NCBI RefSeq assembly: GCF_052144515.1
Contig: NZ_JBKQQD010000178.1
Span: 17,762 to 81,761 of the forward strand
From: Mycobacterium sp.
Lineage (GTDB): Bacteria > Actinomycetota > Actinomycetes > Mycobacteriales > Mycobacteriaceae
DNA: 64,000 nucleotides
Direction: 5' to 3'
Part shown: positions 30,985 through 40,831 of the stretch, piece by piece
Position numbering within the stretch: the stretch's first letter is position 1
Layout of the letters: each line of letters begins with the position of its first letter
The notes under the pieces: model-generated
What the model was told of the DNA's origin: nothing
Seen by the model: the letters and a program-made list of their open reading frames with translations, nothing else
The model's database searches: none
Position numbers and translations under genes: made by a program

Positions 30985-31587
30985 TCAGGCAACGGATGCG
31001 CCCAGAATGAGGTTGACCGCCTCGTCGAGCTGCCCGGCGATTTCGTCGTAGCTGACAAACCGGGCCGTCATCAGGGCGCCGGCAAACGTCATTTGCAGTG
31101 TGGACTTCACCGCGCGCGGCCAACCCGGACCCAGCGCAGCACCGATCCGCCTGGACACCTCGTCGCCGATCTGCTCGCGCAGCGGCTTGACCGCCGGATC
31201 GTCGGCCATCAGGGCCGCGCCGCATGCGGTGGTCAGCTCGGGTTCGTCGGCGACCACGATCGCCATATCCCGCATGGTCGCGCTCACGCGTGTTTTGGTG
31301 GTGTCGTCGACGTCGGTATGCAGCGGAAGTGCCTGTAGGAGACGCAGGTACACCGCCGCCACCAGCGCGCTTTTCGACGGAAAGTAGGTGTAGGCGCTGG
31401 CCGGCGACACCCCGGCGCGGCTCGCGACCGCGCGCATCGTCAGGTTGGCGTACGACGTTTCGCGCAATTCCTGCAAGCCGGCGTCGAGCACCTTGCGGAT
31501 CGTCTGCCCCGGCCGACGATCCGACCGGCGGCCCGCGCCAGGAGCGGTGCCGGTGGCGTCGGCAGAAGATGCCGCTTCTCTAGACAC
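30985..31587 (-). CDS. TetR family regulator (Rv0767c-like)
   Basis: SYANLTMRAVASRAGVSPASAYTYFPSK, VVADEPE...AC.AAL; TACACT -10 six nt before the GTG. Confidence 0.88.
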   Translation of the reverse strand: MSREAASSADATGTAPGAGRRSDRRPGQTIRKVLDAGLQELRETSYANLTMRAVASRAGVSPASAYTYFPSKSALVAAVYLRLLQALPLHTDVDDTTKTRVSATMRDMAIVVADEPELTTACGAALMADDPAVKPLREQIGDEVSRRIGAALGPGWPRAVKSTLQMTFAGALMTARFVSYDEIAGQLDEAVNLILGASVA

Positions 31588-31750
31588 CAGTCCAGTGTAG
31601 GAAAGCGCAGGGACGTCCGACAACGGCCTGTAGCAATGGCGTGGGACCAGGCGATATGGCGATGAGTGTCGGCTTTTCGCGGCTCGCTTGCGTCTTGCTC
31701 GGTGGAGCACCAAATCCTGTCCTTGGCCCCAACGACAGACATGTGTCCAG
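31581..31750. promoter_or_regulatory. Two imperfect palindromes TAGACACCAGTCCAG (31581-31595) and CAGACATGTGTCCAG (31736-31750), putative TetR operators
   Basis: Shared AGACAnnnGTCCAG core; one overlaps the TetR start codon. Confidence 0.55.
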
Positions 31751-31835
31751 AATTTTGGCGACCGGTTGGCGAACTTGGGCTCGCGGCTCTCGCATCGGTC
31801 AGCTTCGGTTATCCCCGACCCGTAGGGTGGCGCCT

Positions 31836-32381
31836 GTGACCGGGGAGGACCGGCACCGCTGGGACGAGCGGTACGCAAGCGAGGAACCCGCGTCGGTAGC
31901 TGCGGTCGAGCCGCCCAGCGTCCTCGCGGCCTACGCAGACATGTTCCCGACCAGCGGAAAGGCACTCGATCTGGCTTGCGGCCGGGGACTCGGCAGTGTC
32001 TGGCTGGCGAGGCGAGGCCTAGACGTGTTCGGGATCGACATCTCCTCGGTGGCCATCAACCAGGCGCGAGATCTGGCCCGGCGCAGCCGGGTCGAGGATC
32101 GCTGCCGGTTTGAGGTGGTCGATCTTGACAAGGGTCTGCCGCCCGGCGCGCCCGTCGACGTCATCCTCTGCCACAAATTTCGGGACCGCCGCCTCGACCG
32201 GGCCATCGTTGAGCGTCTGGCACCCGGCGGGCTACTGGCGATCGCGGTGCTCAGCGAAGTCGACGCCAGCCCGGGGCCATTTCGCGCTGCTGCTGGCGAG
32301 TTACCCGCCGCATTCGCCGACCTCAACCTCGTTGCCGCCGGCGAAGCGAATGGATATGCCTGGCTCCTGGCGCGTGCGTGA
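31836..32381 (+). CDS. Class I SAM-dependent methyltransferase (TehB-like)
   Basis: RWDERY, ALDLACGRG, GIDIS, LAPGGLL. Confidence 0.85.
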   Translation: MTGEDRHRWDERYASEEPASVAAVEPPSVLAAYADMFPTSGKALDLACGRGLGSVWLARRGLDVFGIDISSVAINQARDLARRSRVEDRCRFEVVDLDKGLPPGAPVDVILCHKFRDRRLDRAIVERLAPGGLLAIAVLSEVDASPGPFRAAAGELPAAFADLNLVAAGEANGYAWLLARA

Positions 32382-32549
32382 CGGCCAGGTTTTGAGCCTG
32401 CGCGCATGACCAGTGGTCAGAGACGGCCGACACCCATGGCTTCGAACCGTCGTAAAGTCCAGCACGTGTTTGCCGAAATATGGCCTGCGAAGCCAAAAAA
32501 TATGCGAACCTGACCCGATATTCGGGGTGGATGAATTCAGAGGGTAACA

Positions 32550-33100
32550 ATGTCCGAGCTTTTTCCGACATACCGCGCGAGCTGGGAAACAAACCAGCAT
32601 CGAGTAAGCACGCTGGCGAATTACTGGCAAAGGAAGCGACCCCGAACCAAGAACGTTGGGCCCGAGAGCATCAGGTCGATCGTGAATACTGGAACAAGCT
32701 AGGCGATGCGGGGCTGCTCGGGCTGGACTTGCCCGAGCGGTTTGGTGGAGCCGAAGGCGACTTCGGTCTTTCGGCGATCGTCGCCGAAGAATAGGCGCTG
32801 GCGAACGACACCGCGTCGGGCTGGATCGTACACTCGCCGATCGGCGCGCATTACATCAACACCTACGGCACCGAGGACCAGAAGCAGCGGTGGCTGCCCA
32901 AAGTCATCAGCGGGGAGGCGGTGCTGGCGATCGCGATGACCGAACCGGGTGCCGGTTCTGACCTGCAGGGGATACGCACCACCGCGGTTCGCGACGTCTC
33001 GCACTACGTGATCAACGGTTCGAAGACCTTCATTTCCAACGGGTCTCACTGCGGCGACACAAGCGAAATCATGAAGGAAATCATCAGCCGCTCGCTGTAG
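32550..33100 (+). pseudogene. Acyl-CoA dehydrogenase pseudogene with a large internal deletion
   Basis: LGDAGLLG, TAG at 32792-32794, QKQRWLP, AIAMTEPGAGSDLQ, INGSKTFISNG, joined directly to the C-terminal GDTSEIMKEIISRSL*. Confidence 0.88.
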
Positions 33101-33131
33101 CACGTCCCCGGCCTCGGGTAGTGTCACGAGG

Positions 33132-33974
33132 ATGGAACGGCGCGTCCTCGAAGCGGTCATCTATGAACGCGAACCACCGATCGCACGGATCATCCTCAAT
33201 CGGGTAGACAAGGCCAACACCAAGGATGCGGTACTGGTCACCGAAGTAGACGAGTGCCTGCACGAAGCCGACCGCGACAAGGAGATCAAGGTCGTCATCC
33301 TCAAGGCCAATGGAAAGGGCTTCTGCGGCGGGCATGTCGCCCGTTGGGAACCGGACGAAAATCCCTATCCCGATTTCGGAAACACGTTCGAGGACCTGTA
33401 CAAGGGCACCGCTGACCTGTTCCTGTGGCCGACGCTGTACCTGTGGGAGTTCCCTAAGCCGACCATCTCCCAGATTCACGGTTACTGCATGGGAGGCGGG
33501 ATCTATCTCGGCCTGCTGACGGACTTCTGTGTGGCGTCCGAGGACGCGTATTTCCAGATGCCGCTTGCCCAGAGCCTCGGGGAACCCGGCGGGCACACCA
33601 TGATCGAGCCGTGGCTGATGATGAACTGGCACCGCACCATGGACTGGCTGTTGCTGGCGCCGACCCTGTCCGCGCAGCAAGCCCTCGACTGGGGTCTGCT
33701 GAATAGGGTGGTGCCGCGCGAAGACCTGGAGGACACGGTCGAGGAGATGGCACGCAAGATCGCGCAGATCCCGTTGACCACGCTGATGGCGGTGAAAAGC
33801 AACGTGAAGCGTGCCTGGGAATTGATGGGAATGCGGGTGCACCTTCAGGTCAGCCACATCTTGACGAACATGGTCGGCGCCGCATCCGATGTCCAGGCGC
33901 GGCGGGCCGAACTCATGCAGTCGGGCATGAAGCCGCGCGAATTCGTCGACAAATTCGATCCGCCGCCAACGTGA
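33132..33974 (+). CDS. Enoyl-CoA hydratase/isomerase family protein (no canonical Glu)
   Basis: ARIILNRVDKAN, GKGFCGGH, HGYCMGGG, LLNRVVP. Confidence 0.88.
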   Translation: MERRVLEAVIYEREPPIARIILNRVDKANTKDAVLVTEVDECLHEADRDKEIKVVILKANGKGFCGGHVARWEPDENPYPDFGNTFEDLYKGTADLFLWPTLYLWEFPKPTISQIHGYCMGGGIYLGLLTDFCVASEDAYFQMPLAQSLGEPGGHTMIEPWLMMNWHRTMDWLLLAPTLSAQQALDWGLLNRVVPREDLEDTVEEMARKIAQIPLTTLMAVKSNVKRAWELMGMRVHLQVSHILTNMVGAASDVQARRAELMQSGMKPREFVDKFDPPPT

Positions 33975-34038
33975 CGGTGCAGTCAAATTCGAGGCCGAGC
34001 GTGACTGCATCGTCACGCTCGACGAGACGGCGCTGGGC

Positions 34039-35739
34039 CTAGCGGCTCGTCTCGCCGGCGACCCTGCGGCCGGCGGCGTGCCGGGCGGCCACGTAGCCGA
34101 AGACCATCGTGTAGGCGATGCTTCCGCCCGCTCCGAGATAGTTTCGGCCCATCACCGTCGCGGTGATGTTGCCCGTCGCGTACAGCCCCTCGATCACGCG
34201 GTCGTTCTCGTCGAGGACCTGCGCGTACTCGTTGGCGACCAGCCCTCCACACGTTCCGACATCGGCGGGAACAACCCTCGTGGCGTAGTACGGCGCCCGG
34301 TCGAGTGGCCCGAGCGCGGCGTTCGTGCGGTACCCGGGATCACCCAGGCAGTCGTTGTACGCCGACTGGCCGCGGCCGAAGTCGGGGTCGAGGCCCTTGG
34401 CCGCAAAACCATTGAAGCGCTTCACCGTCTGCTCCAGCGTGCCGGCCGGCACCTCCATCTGGTGCGCGAGATCGGCGATGGTTTTACCTCGCAGGACCGC
34501 GCCCCGCTCGATCAGTTCTTCGGGGAGGCTGCGTTTCTTGAACGGGTTCGCTCCCGAGACGTATCTATGTATGTAGCCCTCGTCGAAGACCATCCAGCAC
34601 GGCACCGCCTTGTTCGCGTACATCGCCTTGCCGACCTCGACGTATGAGTTCGACTCGTTGCAGAACCGCCTGCCGCTGCCGTCGACGTAGATGGCCCCGG
34701 GCCGCTGCCGACCGCTTCCGAGCGCCCTTGCGGCGTCACCTCCGTCGGCGATGAAAATCGATGGCAGCCACCAGGCCTCATCCATCAGATCGGTTTTGGC
34801 GCCAAGCCGGATCGCCGTCTCCAGCACCTCGCCCGTGTCGCCTGCGTTGGCGATCGACCACCGCGCCTCATTGGGCTGGTCGCCGCTGTAGCGGCGGCGC
34901 ATGTCCGCGTTGCGGCTGAAGCCGCCTGCAGCGAGCAGGACGCCCTTGCGCGCCTCGATATTCAGCGATGCGCCGTTACGAGTAACGCGCGCGCCGACGA
35001 CACGGCCGTCGTCGACGATCAGGTCCTGCATTGCGGCGTCGATCCAGATCGGCGGCTCGCCGCGCAGGTCGATCAGCGCCTTGAGCAGCTGACCAATGAG
35101 TGAGGCACCGTTGGTGAGGAGCTCTTGACGACGCAGCTTGGCCGCCCTGGTACGCGCGAACACCCTCGTCGCCACGGCGAAGGCCCGCGGCGATCGATTG
35201 AAGTACTGCACCGCGCGCAGCTCGTTCGTCTTGAGGACGAACCCGCCGTAGCTCTTGGCCATCGAGGGCTGGACCTTGTCGCTCCAGTTGCCCAGTGCTG
35301 CCGCGTCGTACGGGATGCCCTCGATCGCGCGGCCAGCTTCGTTGCCGCCCTTGTGATTCGGGTAGTAGTCGCTCCAGCCCGGGCACCGCACGAGCCGAAC
35401 GCCCTTGCGCATCAAGAAGTTGATCATCTCGTAGCCCGCGGTGAGGAACATCTCGCGGCGTGCCGGCGATGAGGGCTGGCCGATGTCGCCGACCACGTCG
35501 TCGAAGTACGCCAGACCATCCTCGTGCGAGTCCGGGATACCGTCCGCGCGCATCAGCGGGTTGTTCGGCAACCACACCATGCCACCGGAAAGTCCCGTGG
35601 AACCCCCCACCAGAGCCTGCTTCTCGATCACCAGCGGCTCGATCCCGGAGTCGAGCGCCGCCAGCGCGGCCACCATGCCGCCTCCGCCGCTTCCCGCGAT
35701 GAGCAGGTCGACGGAGCGGTCCCACTGCGTGGTCATCAT
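34039..35739 (-). CDS. FAD-dependent oxidoreductase, 3-ketosteroid-delta1-dehydrogenase-like
   Basis: GSGGGG, GGSTGLSGG, WSDYYP, RFCNESNSY, DPDFGRG, GLYATGN, YLGAGGS. Confidence 0.85.
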   Translation of the reverse strand: MMTTQWDRSVDLLIAGSGGGGMVAALAALDSGIEPLVIEKQALVGGSTGLSGGMVWLPNNPLMRADGIPDSHEDGLAYFDDVVGDIGQPSSPARREMFLTAGYEMINFLMRKGVRLVRCPGWSDYYPNHKGGNEAGRAIEGIPYDAAALGNWSDKVQPSMAKSYGGFVLKTNELRAVQYFNRSPRAFAVATRVFARTRAAKLRRQELLTNGASLIGQLLKALIDLRGEPPIWIDAAMQDLIVDDGRVVGARVTRNGASLNIEARKGVLLAAGGFSRNADMRRRYSGDQPNEARWSIANAGDTGEVLETAIRLGAKTDLMDEAWWLPSIFIADGGDAARALGSGRQRPGAIYVDGSGRRFCNESNSYVEVGKAMYANKAVPCWMVFDEGYIHRYVSGANPFKKRSLPEELIERGAVLRGKTIADLAHQMEVPAGTLEQTVKRFNGFAAKGLDPDFGRGQSAYNDCLGDPGYRTNAALGPLDRAPYYATRVVPADVGTCGGLVANEYAQVLDENDRVIEGLYATGNITATVMGRNYLGAGGSIAYTMVFGYVAARHAAGRRVAGETSR

Positions 35740-37109
35740 GCCTCCGAAGCGGCGGTAAGGCCGAGATCGGCGATCGGAACGTCGATTGTGGTGTTGGTCT
35801 TCTGGATCGCGGGCACCAGGGCGTCATAAGGCAGGCCGGCAAGGAAACCGTCGATGACGCGTTCGAAGTTCGAGATCAATCCTTCGATCCGGCTGGACAA
35901 GCGCATGTATTCAAAGCCCTTGGAGTGCAATCCTTTTTGCTGCTTGGGCAGATTGGAGAAGTCCTGGGCGGGGATCGGCGGCCAGCGCGGGTCGTCGGGT
36001 GACATGGGCTCCGGTGGTGTCGGTCTCCCGGTGACTTGGTCAGGTGGAATGCGGGTGAGTGACCAGATCTCGAACAGCGTCTCCTCGGGACCAAGCGGAC
36101 GGATCCGGTACGAGGAGGCGCTGCTGTACTGGGGTAGCAGAAAGTAGTGCGGGAAAGCGAAATTGATGGCTTCGACGATGCCGCGCCGCTGCAACTCGTT
36201 GAGGTCGGGGATGTCACAGCCCCGGGCCCGATGCCATTGGACGATGGCGTCGTTGAGGGTGCTGCGCCACAGGGCCATCGCCGCCGTGGGATCGGCCGGG
36301 AGCTCCATGTCCTGCAAGCCCTCGGCGATGCGTATGTCGTTCTCGTGGGTCATGCCGGCCATGCCTTCGCCCAGGGTGCGCATGAAGTACAGGTTGGTCT
36401 GGGCCAGGCCCTGTGGTTTGGACGACGAGTTGGGCTGCGAGGATGGCAGCAGCTGGGGGTGGGTCTGCGGGACGTGGTAGCCCTCCATGAATGCGGCCGT
36501 CGCCAGCTTCCAATTCACCGGAAGCCGGCACGACTGCCACCACTCGACGCGCAGCGACTCCACCTTCCAGGCGTCATAGATGGACGCGAACGGCTCGAAG
36601 CAGTCGCGTAGCGGCGGGGCGTCGTCGTCGAGGTTGATCCACGCACACCCACCCCACAACTCACATCGGACCGAAACCAGGCGGAGATCCTCCGGGCTGA
36701 GGTTGTGCTCGTTGAACTCCTCGGGCCGTAGCACGAAGGTGTTGTGTCCGTCGATGCCCCAACACCAGCCGTGGAAGGGGCAAACGAAGGTGCGCCGATT
36801 CCCGTTGCCTTCCACCAGCTTTACGCCGCGATGGCGGCAGGCGTTGTGATAAGCGCGAACGTTTTCGGCGTCCAGGCGGACCACGATCACGGACTCGTCG
36901 AGAATCTCGTATTCGACGTAGTCGCCGGGCTTGGGGATCTCCTCGAGGCGGCATGCCATCTGCCACACCCGCGGCCAAAGCATCTCGTTTTCGAGCGCGT
37001 AGAACTCCGGGTCGTAGTACCGCTGCTTGGGGATCCGGTCGGCCGTTCGAACCGCCCATGGCACCGGAAGCGAAGTCCAGTTCACTTCGGTTTTGTCGGT
37101 GCTCACCAT
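35736..37109 (-). CDS. Rieske non-heme iron oxygenase alpha subunit
   Basis: CRHRG...CPFHGW Rieske ligands; NWK, EGYHVPQTH, QD mononuclear Fe motifs. Confidence 0.92.
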   Translation of the reverse strand: MVSTDKTEVNWTSLPVPWAVRTADRIPKQRYYDPEFYALENEMLWPRVWQMACRLEEIPKPGDYVEYEILDESVIVVRLDAENVRAYHNACRHRGVKLVEGNGNRRTFVCPFHGWCWGIDGHNTFVLRPEEFNEHNLSPEDLRLVSVRCELWGGCAWINLDDDAPPLRDCFEPFASIYDAWKVESLRVEWWQSCRLPVNWKLATAAFMEGYHVPQTHPQLLPSSQPNSSSKPQGLAQTNLYFMRTLGEGMAGMTHENDIRIAEGLQDMELPADPTAAMALWRSTLNDAIVQWHRARGCDIPDLNELQRRGIVEAINFAFPHYFLLPQYSSASSYRIRPLGPEETLFEIWSLTRIPPDQVTGRPTPPEPMSPDDPRWPPIPAQDFSNLPKQQKGLHSKGFEYMRLSSRIEGLISNFERVIDGFLAGLPYDALVPAIQKTNTTIDVPIADLGLTAASEA

Positions 37110-37132
37110 CTAGTACCCCTTATCCGTGCGGG

Positions 37133-38686
37133 TCACAGGATCCGTGACGCCCGCCCCTGCCAAAAGCGTTCGCGGATGCGTCTCTTGTAGAGCTTTCCGT
37201 TCGGGTCCCTGGGCAGCTCCGGATCGAATTCGACGCTGCGCGGGCACTTGTAGCCCGCCAGATGGGTTCGGCAGTATTCGATGAGCTCGGCCTCGAGGTC
37301 GGGCCCCGGCGTGACGCCGTCGGCCGGCTGCACGACCGCCTTGACCTCCTCGCCGAACTCGTCGTTGGGCACGCCAAACACCGCGGCATCAACGAGTTTG
37401 GGATGCATGACCAGAAGGTTCTCCACCTCCTGGGGGTAGATGTTCACCCCGCCGGAGACGATCATGAACGTCGATCGGTCGGTCAGGTACATGTATCCGT
37501 CCTTGTCGACGTAACCCATGTCGCCCAAGGAGCGCCACCCGCGTTCGTTGGACACCGACGCGGTCTTCGCGGGGTCCTTAAAGTATTCGAAGTCGGGTCC
37601 ACCCTCAAAGTAAAGCTCGCCGGACTCCCCGACGGGAAGCTCCTCTCCGTCCTCGCCTACCACGTGCACCGGAGCCATCGGTATGCCGACCGAGCCGGGG
37701 TGGGCGAGCCAGTCCTGCGGGCCGATCGTAGTGCCAGCGAACCCCTCAGTGCCCCCGTAATATTCGTGAATGACTGGTCCAAGCCACTCCATCATCTTGT
37801 GCTTGACGTCCACCGGGCACGGGGCGGCCGCGTGGATCACGCACCTCAGGCTCGACACGTCATACTTTTGCCGGACGGCCTCCGGCAGCTTGAGCATCCG
37901 CACGAACATTGTCGGCACGAACTGGGCGTGGGTGATGCGGTGGGTCTCGATCAGCCGCAGGACGGTCTCGGCGTCGAACTTGCGCATGATGATCGACGCG
38001 GCCCCCACGCGGTTCACCGCCATCGTGTAGTTCACCCCGGCGGCGTGGTACATCGGCGCGGGGGACAGATACACGCTCGATTGATCCATCCCATAGTGGT
38101 GGATCAGCGCCATCTCAAGAACCGACTGCGCCCATGAGCCGTTGCCGTCGGCCGGGAGCGGCCGGCGGACCGCCTTGGGCCTTCCGGTGGTACCCGACGA
38201 GTACAGCATCTCGGACCCGTCCGACAACGGTGGCGCATCGCCGGCCGCGGAGAGGGCGTCCGCATAGGACTGCCAGCCGGGCAACTCGCCCCCGACCGCG
38301 ATGTGGACACCGATTCCCGTGTTGACCTCCCGCACGTGTGCCGCGAGGTCAGCCCCGGAAGGCCCCGAAGCGTCGGTAATATCTAAGAAAACCGCCTTGG
38401 CGTCGGAATCGTCGATCACGTAGGCAATTTCGTCGGGGGTGAAGTGCGTGTTGACCGCGGTGTAGTAGAGCCCGGAAAGCTGGCAACCCCAGGTAATTTC
38501 GAAGAACTCCGGTCGGTTCGTCAGCACCAGGGCCACGCCGTCGCCGCGGCGCAACCCGGCCTCGTGCAGCACCGCGGCGACCCGTTGGCTCTTGGCATAC
38601 AGCTCGCCGTACGAGATCGCGCGGCCGTCGATGATCAGCGCCGGCGATAGCGCGGCCGTGATCGCGTGGTCGGCGATGTTCACCAT
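37133..38686 (-). CDS. Acyl-CoA synthetase (FadD4-like)
   Basis: YSSGTTGRPK, YGGTE, GDMG, DR..SGGVNIYP, NGKL. Confidence 0.92.
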   Translation of the reverse strand: MVNIADHAITAALSPALIIDGRAISYGELYAKSQRVAAVLHEAGLRRGDGVALVLTNRPEFFEITWGCQLSGLYYTAVNTHFTPDEIAYVIDDSDAKAVFLDITDASGPSGADLAAHVREVNTGIGVHIAVGGELPGWQSYADALSAAGDAPPLSDGSEMLYSSGTTGRPKAVRRPLPADGNGSWAQSVLEMALIHHYGMDQSSVYLSPAPMYHAAGVNYTMAVNRVGAASIIMRKFDAETVLRLIETHRITHAQFVPTMFVRMLKLPEAVRQKYDVSSLRCVIHAAAPCPVDVKHKMMEWLGPVIHEYYGGTEGFAGTTIGPQDWLAHPGSVGIPMAPVHVVGEDGEELPVGESGELYFEGGPDFEYFKDPAKTASVSNERGWRSLGDMGYVDKDGYMYLTDRSTFMIVSGGVNIYPQEVENLLVMHPKLVDAAVFGVPNDEFGEEVKAVVQPADGVTPGPDLEAELIEYCRTHLAGYKCPRSVEFDPELPRDPNGKLYKRRIRERFWQGRASRIL

Positions 38687-38701
38687 CAGGCCCCAGAAAA
38701 C

Positions 38702-39580
38702 CTAAGCGGTGGGTGTCGCGCCGTCGGTCGATGCGGCCGCCGCGGCTGCCTGGCGCCGGGCTTGCTCGGACGGCAGCACCTTGTCCTTGAAGACCGTCTG
38801 AATCAGCTGCTGTACATCCTTGCTGATCGACGCGAGCGCGACCAGGTCGTTGGAGCTCTGCCAGTGCACCCGCATGCCCATCAGCTCCCAGGCCCGTTTG
38901 AGGTTCGCCTTGGTCGCCAGCAGTGTCGTCATCGGTGCCTGGGCGATATGACGGGCGATGGCCTCGGCGCGGTCCTCGAGTTGGTCGCGCGGGACCACCT
39001 CGTTGACCAGACCGACCTCCAGCGCCTTCTTCGCGTCGATGACCTCGGCGAGGTACAGGTAGTAGGCGGCGCGCCGCCAGTTCATGAAGACCCATGGCTC
39101 GATGGAGCATTCGCCGGACGGCATGCCGAAGCCCTGCAGGGGCGGGTAGGAGAAGTAGGCGTCCTCGGAGGCGATGACGATGTCGGTGGTCAGCCCGTAA
39201 TGGGTGCCGCCACCGACGCAGTAGCCGTGCACCGCGGCGATGGTCGGCTTGCAGAACTCCCACAGGTTCAGGATCGGTTTGACGAACAGGTCGGTCTGCG
39301 GCTTCCACGGTGTGCCCATGACCTTGGCGCCCTCGACGAACGCCGGGTAGTCCACCGCGTTGTTGCCGATCGCGTGTCCCGAGCAGAAGCCCTTGCCGTT
39401 GGCCTTGAGGATCAAAACCTTGATGTCGTAGTCGCGGTCCGCGTCCAGCAGCGCGGCGTCGACTTCCTCGGCCAGTTTCTGGTCCTGCGCGTTGGCTTTC
39501 TCAGGCCAGTTCAGGATGACGCGAGCGATCGGGCCTTCTTTTTCGTAGACGATTCTTTCGCGGGTCTCGTTGAGATCCAT
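38702..39580 (-). CDS. Enoyl-CoA hydratase/isomerase family protein (no canonical Glu)
   Basis: ARVILNWPEKANA, GKGFCSGH, HGYCVGGG, LVNEVVP. Confidence 0.88.
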   Translation of the reverse strand: MDLNETRERIVYEKEGPIARVILNWPEKANAQDQKLAEEVDAALLDADRDYDIKVLILKANGKGFCSGHAIGNNAVDYPAFVEGAKVMGTPWKPQTDLFVKPILNLWEFCKPTIAAVHGYCVGGGTHYGLTTDIVIASEDAYFSYPPLQGFGMPSGECSIEPWVFMNWRRAAYYLYLAEVIDAKKALEVGLVNEVVPRDQLEDRAEAIARHIAQAPMTTLLATKANLKRAWELMGMRVHWQSSNDLVALASISKDVQQLIQTVFKDKVLPSEQARRQAAAAAASTDGATPTA

Positions 39581-39599
39581 TGTCAGCCTCTACCTTTCG

Positions 39600-39836
39600 T
39601 TAGGAAGTGATGACGCCGATTTCGGCGCCGATGTCGTAGGTGGTCCCGATTTGCCCCGTCCACTGCACGGTGCCCGAAGCTCCGGCTTCGATCTCTTGTT
39701 CTGCCTTCTCGGTGGCGATCACGTAGAGCGGAGTGCCCTCCTCGACGTGCTCGCCCGCGTCGACGATAAAGTCGGTGAGCTCCGCTTCGGAGACCGCCAC
39801 CGACACCCGCGGGATGCGAATGATGAAGTCAGCCAC
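39600..39836 (-). CDS. Stand-alone lipoyl-domain protein
   Basis: 78 aa, GEHVEEGTPLYVIATEKAEQEIEAGASG with the lipoyl Lys in TEKA; clean stop before the next gene. Confidence 0.85.
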   Translation of the reverse strand: MADFIIRIPRVSVAVSEAELTDFIVDAGEHVEEGTPLYVIATEKAEQEIEAGASGTVQWTGQIGTTYDIGAEIGVITS

Positions 39837-40827
39837 GCACGTTGGCCTTCTGTAGGCTGCGTTGCACCGCTTCGACGACGCGCGCCGGCGACGGGTACAC
39901 CTGCGCTTCGAGCGCGGCAGCGGCCGGGTTGGGGACGAACCTCGCGCCCACCCGCTCGATGGGTGCGGCCAGCTCGCCGAACAGCTCGGACTGCAGGATC
40001 GCGGCGATCTCTGCTCCGGGCCCGGCGAATTGCACCGCGTCGTGCACGATTACGGCCCTTCGGGTACGGCGGACGGAGTCGACGATCGTCTCGACGTCGA
40101 GGGGAACCAGCGTGCGCAGGTCGACGACCTCGGCGCTCACACCCTGCTCGACCAGCGTGGCCGCCGCCGCGAGCGCATCGTGCACGCTGCGCCCATAGCT
40201 GATCAGCGTCACGTCGGTGCCGGGTCGCTTGATGTCGGCCTGCCCCAGCGGAATTGAGAACCCGGGGTCGGTGGGGACTGGTCCCTTCTTGCCTTGCAGG
40301 CGAATTGTTTCGATGAATAGGCAGGGATCCTCATCGAAGATCGCAGTGGTCAGTAGGCCTTTGCCGTCGCGCGGGGTGGAGGGCACGATCACCTTCATCC
40401 CGGGAATGTGCATGAACCACGCCTCGAGGCTCTGCGAGTGCGTCGCGCCGGTGGCCAGTCCGGCGTAAACCTGGGTGCGGATGGTGATCGGCGCCGTCGT
40501 CCGCCCTGCGGTCATGAATCGCAGCTTGGCGGCGTTGTTGATCAACTGGTCGGCGGCGATGCCGATGAAATCCATGATCATGATCTCGGCGACCGGCAGC
40601 ATCCCGTCTATCGCCGCGCCGATCGCCGCGCCGACGATCGCGGCTTCCGAGATGGGTGTGTCCAGCACCCGGTCGTGGCCGTACTTCGTCGACAACCCCG
40701 CCGTCGGTCCGGACGCACCGGGGTCGGCGATGTCCTCGCCGAGCAAGAACACGCGGTCGTCGGCCTTTAGCGCCTCGTCGAGCGCGAGATTCAGCGCCTC
40801 GCGCATCGTCATCTCTTTTTCTTGCAT
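39829..40827 (-). CDS. Thiamine-dependent 2-oxoacid/acetoin dehydrogenase E1 beta subunit
   Basis: FLLGEDI, RVLDTPISE, PVAEIM, HSQSLE, EVVDLRTLVPLD. Confidence 0.92.
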   Translation of the reverse strand: MQEKEMTMREALNLALDEALKADDRVFLLGEDIADPGASGPTAGLSTKYGHDRVLDTPISEAAIVGAAIGAAIDGMLPVAEIMIMDFIGIAADQLINNAAKLRFMTAGRTTAPITIRTQVYAGLATGATHSQSLEAWFMHIPGMKVIVPSTPRDGKGLLTTAIFDEDPCLFIETIRLQGKKGPVPTDPGFSIPLGQADIKRPGTDVTLISYGRSVHDALAAAATLVEQGVSAEVVDLRTLVPLDVETIVDSVRRTRRAVIVHDAVQFAGPGAEIAAILQSELFGELAAPIERVGARFVPNPAAAALEAQVYPSPARVVEAVQRSLQKANVRG

Positions 40828-40831
40828 GTCC

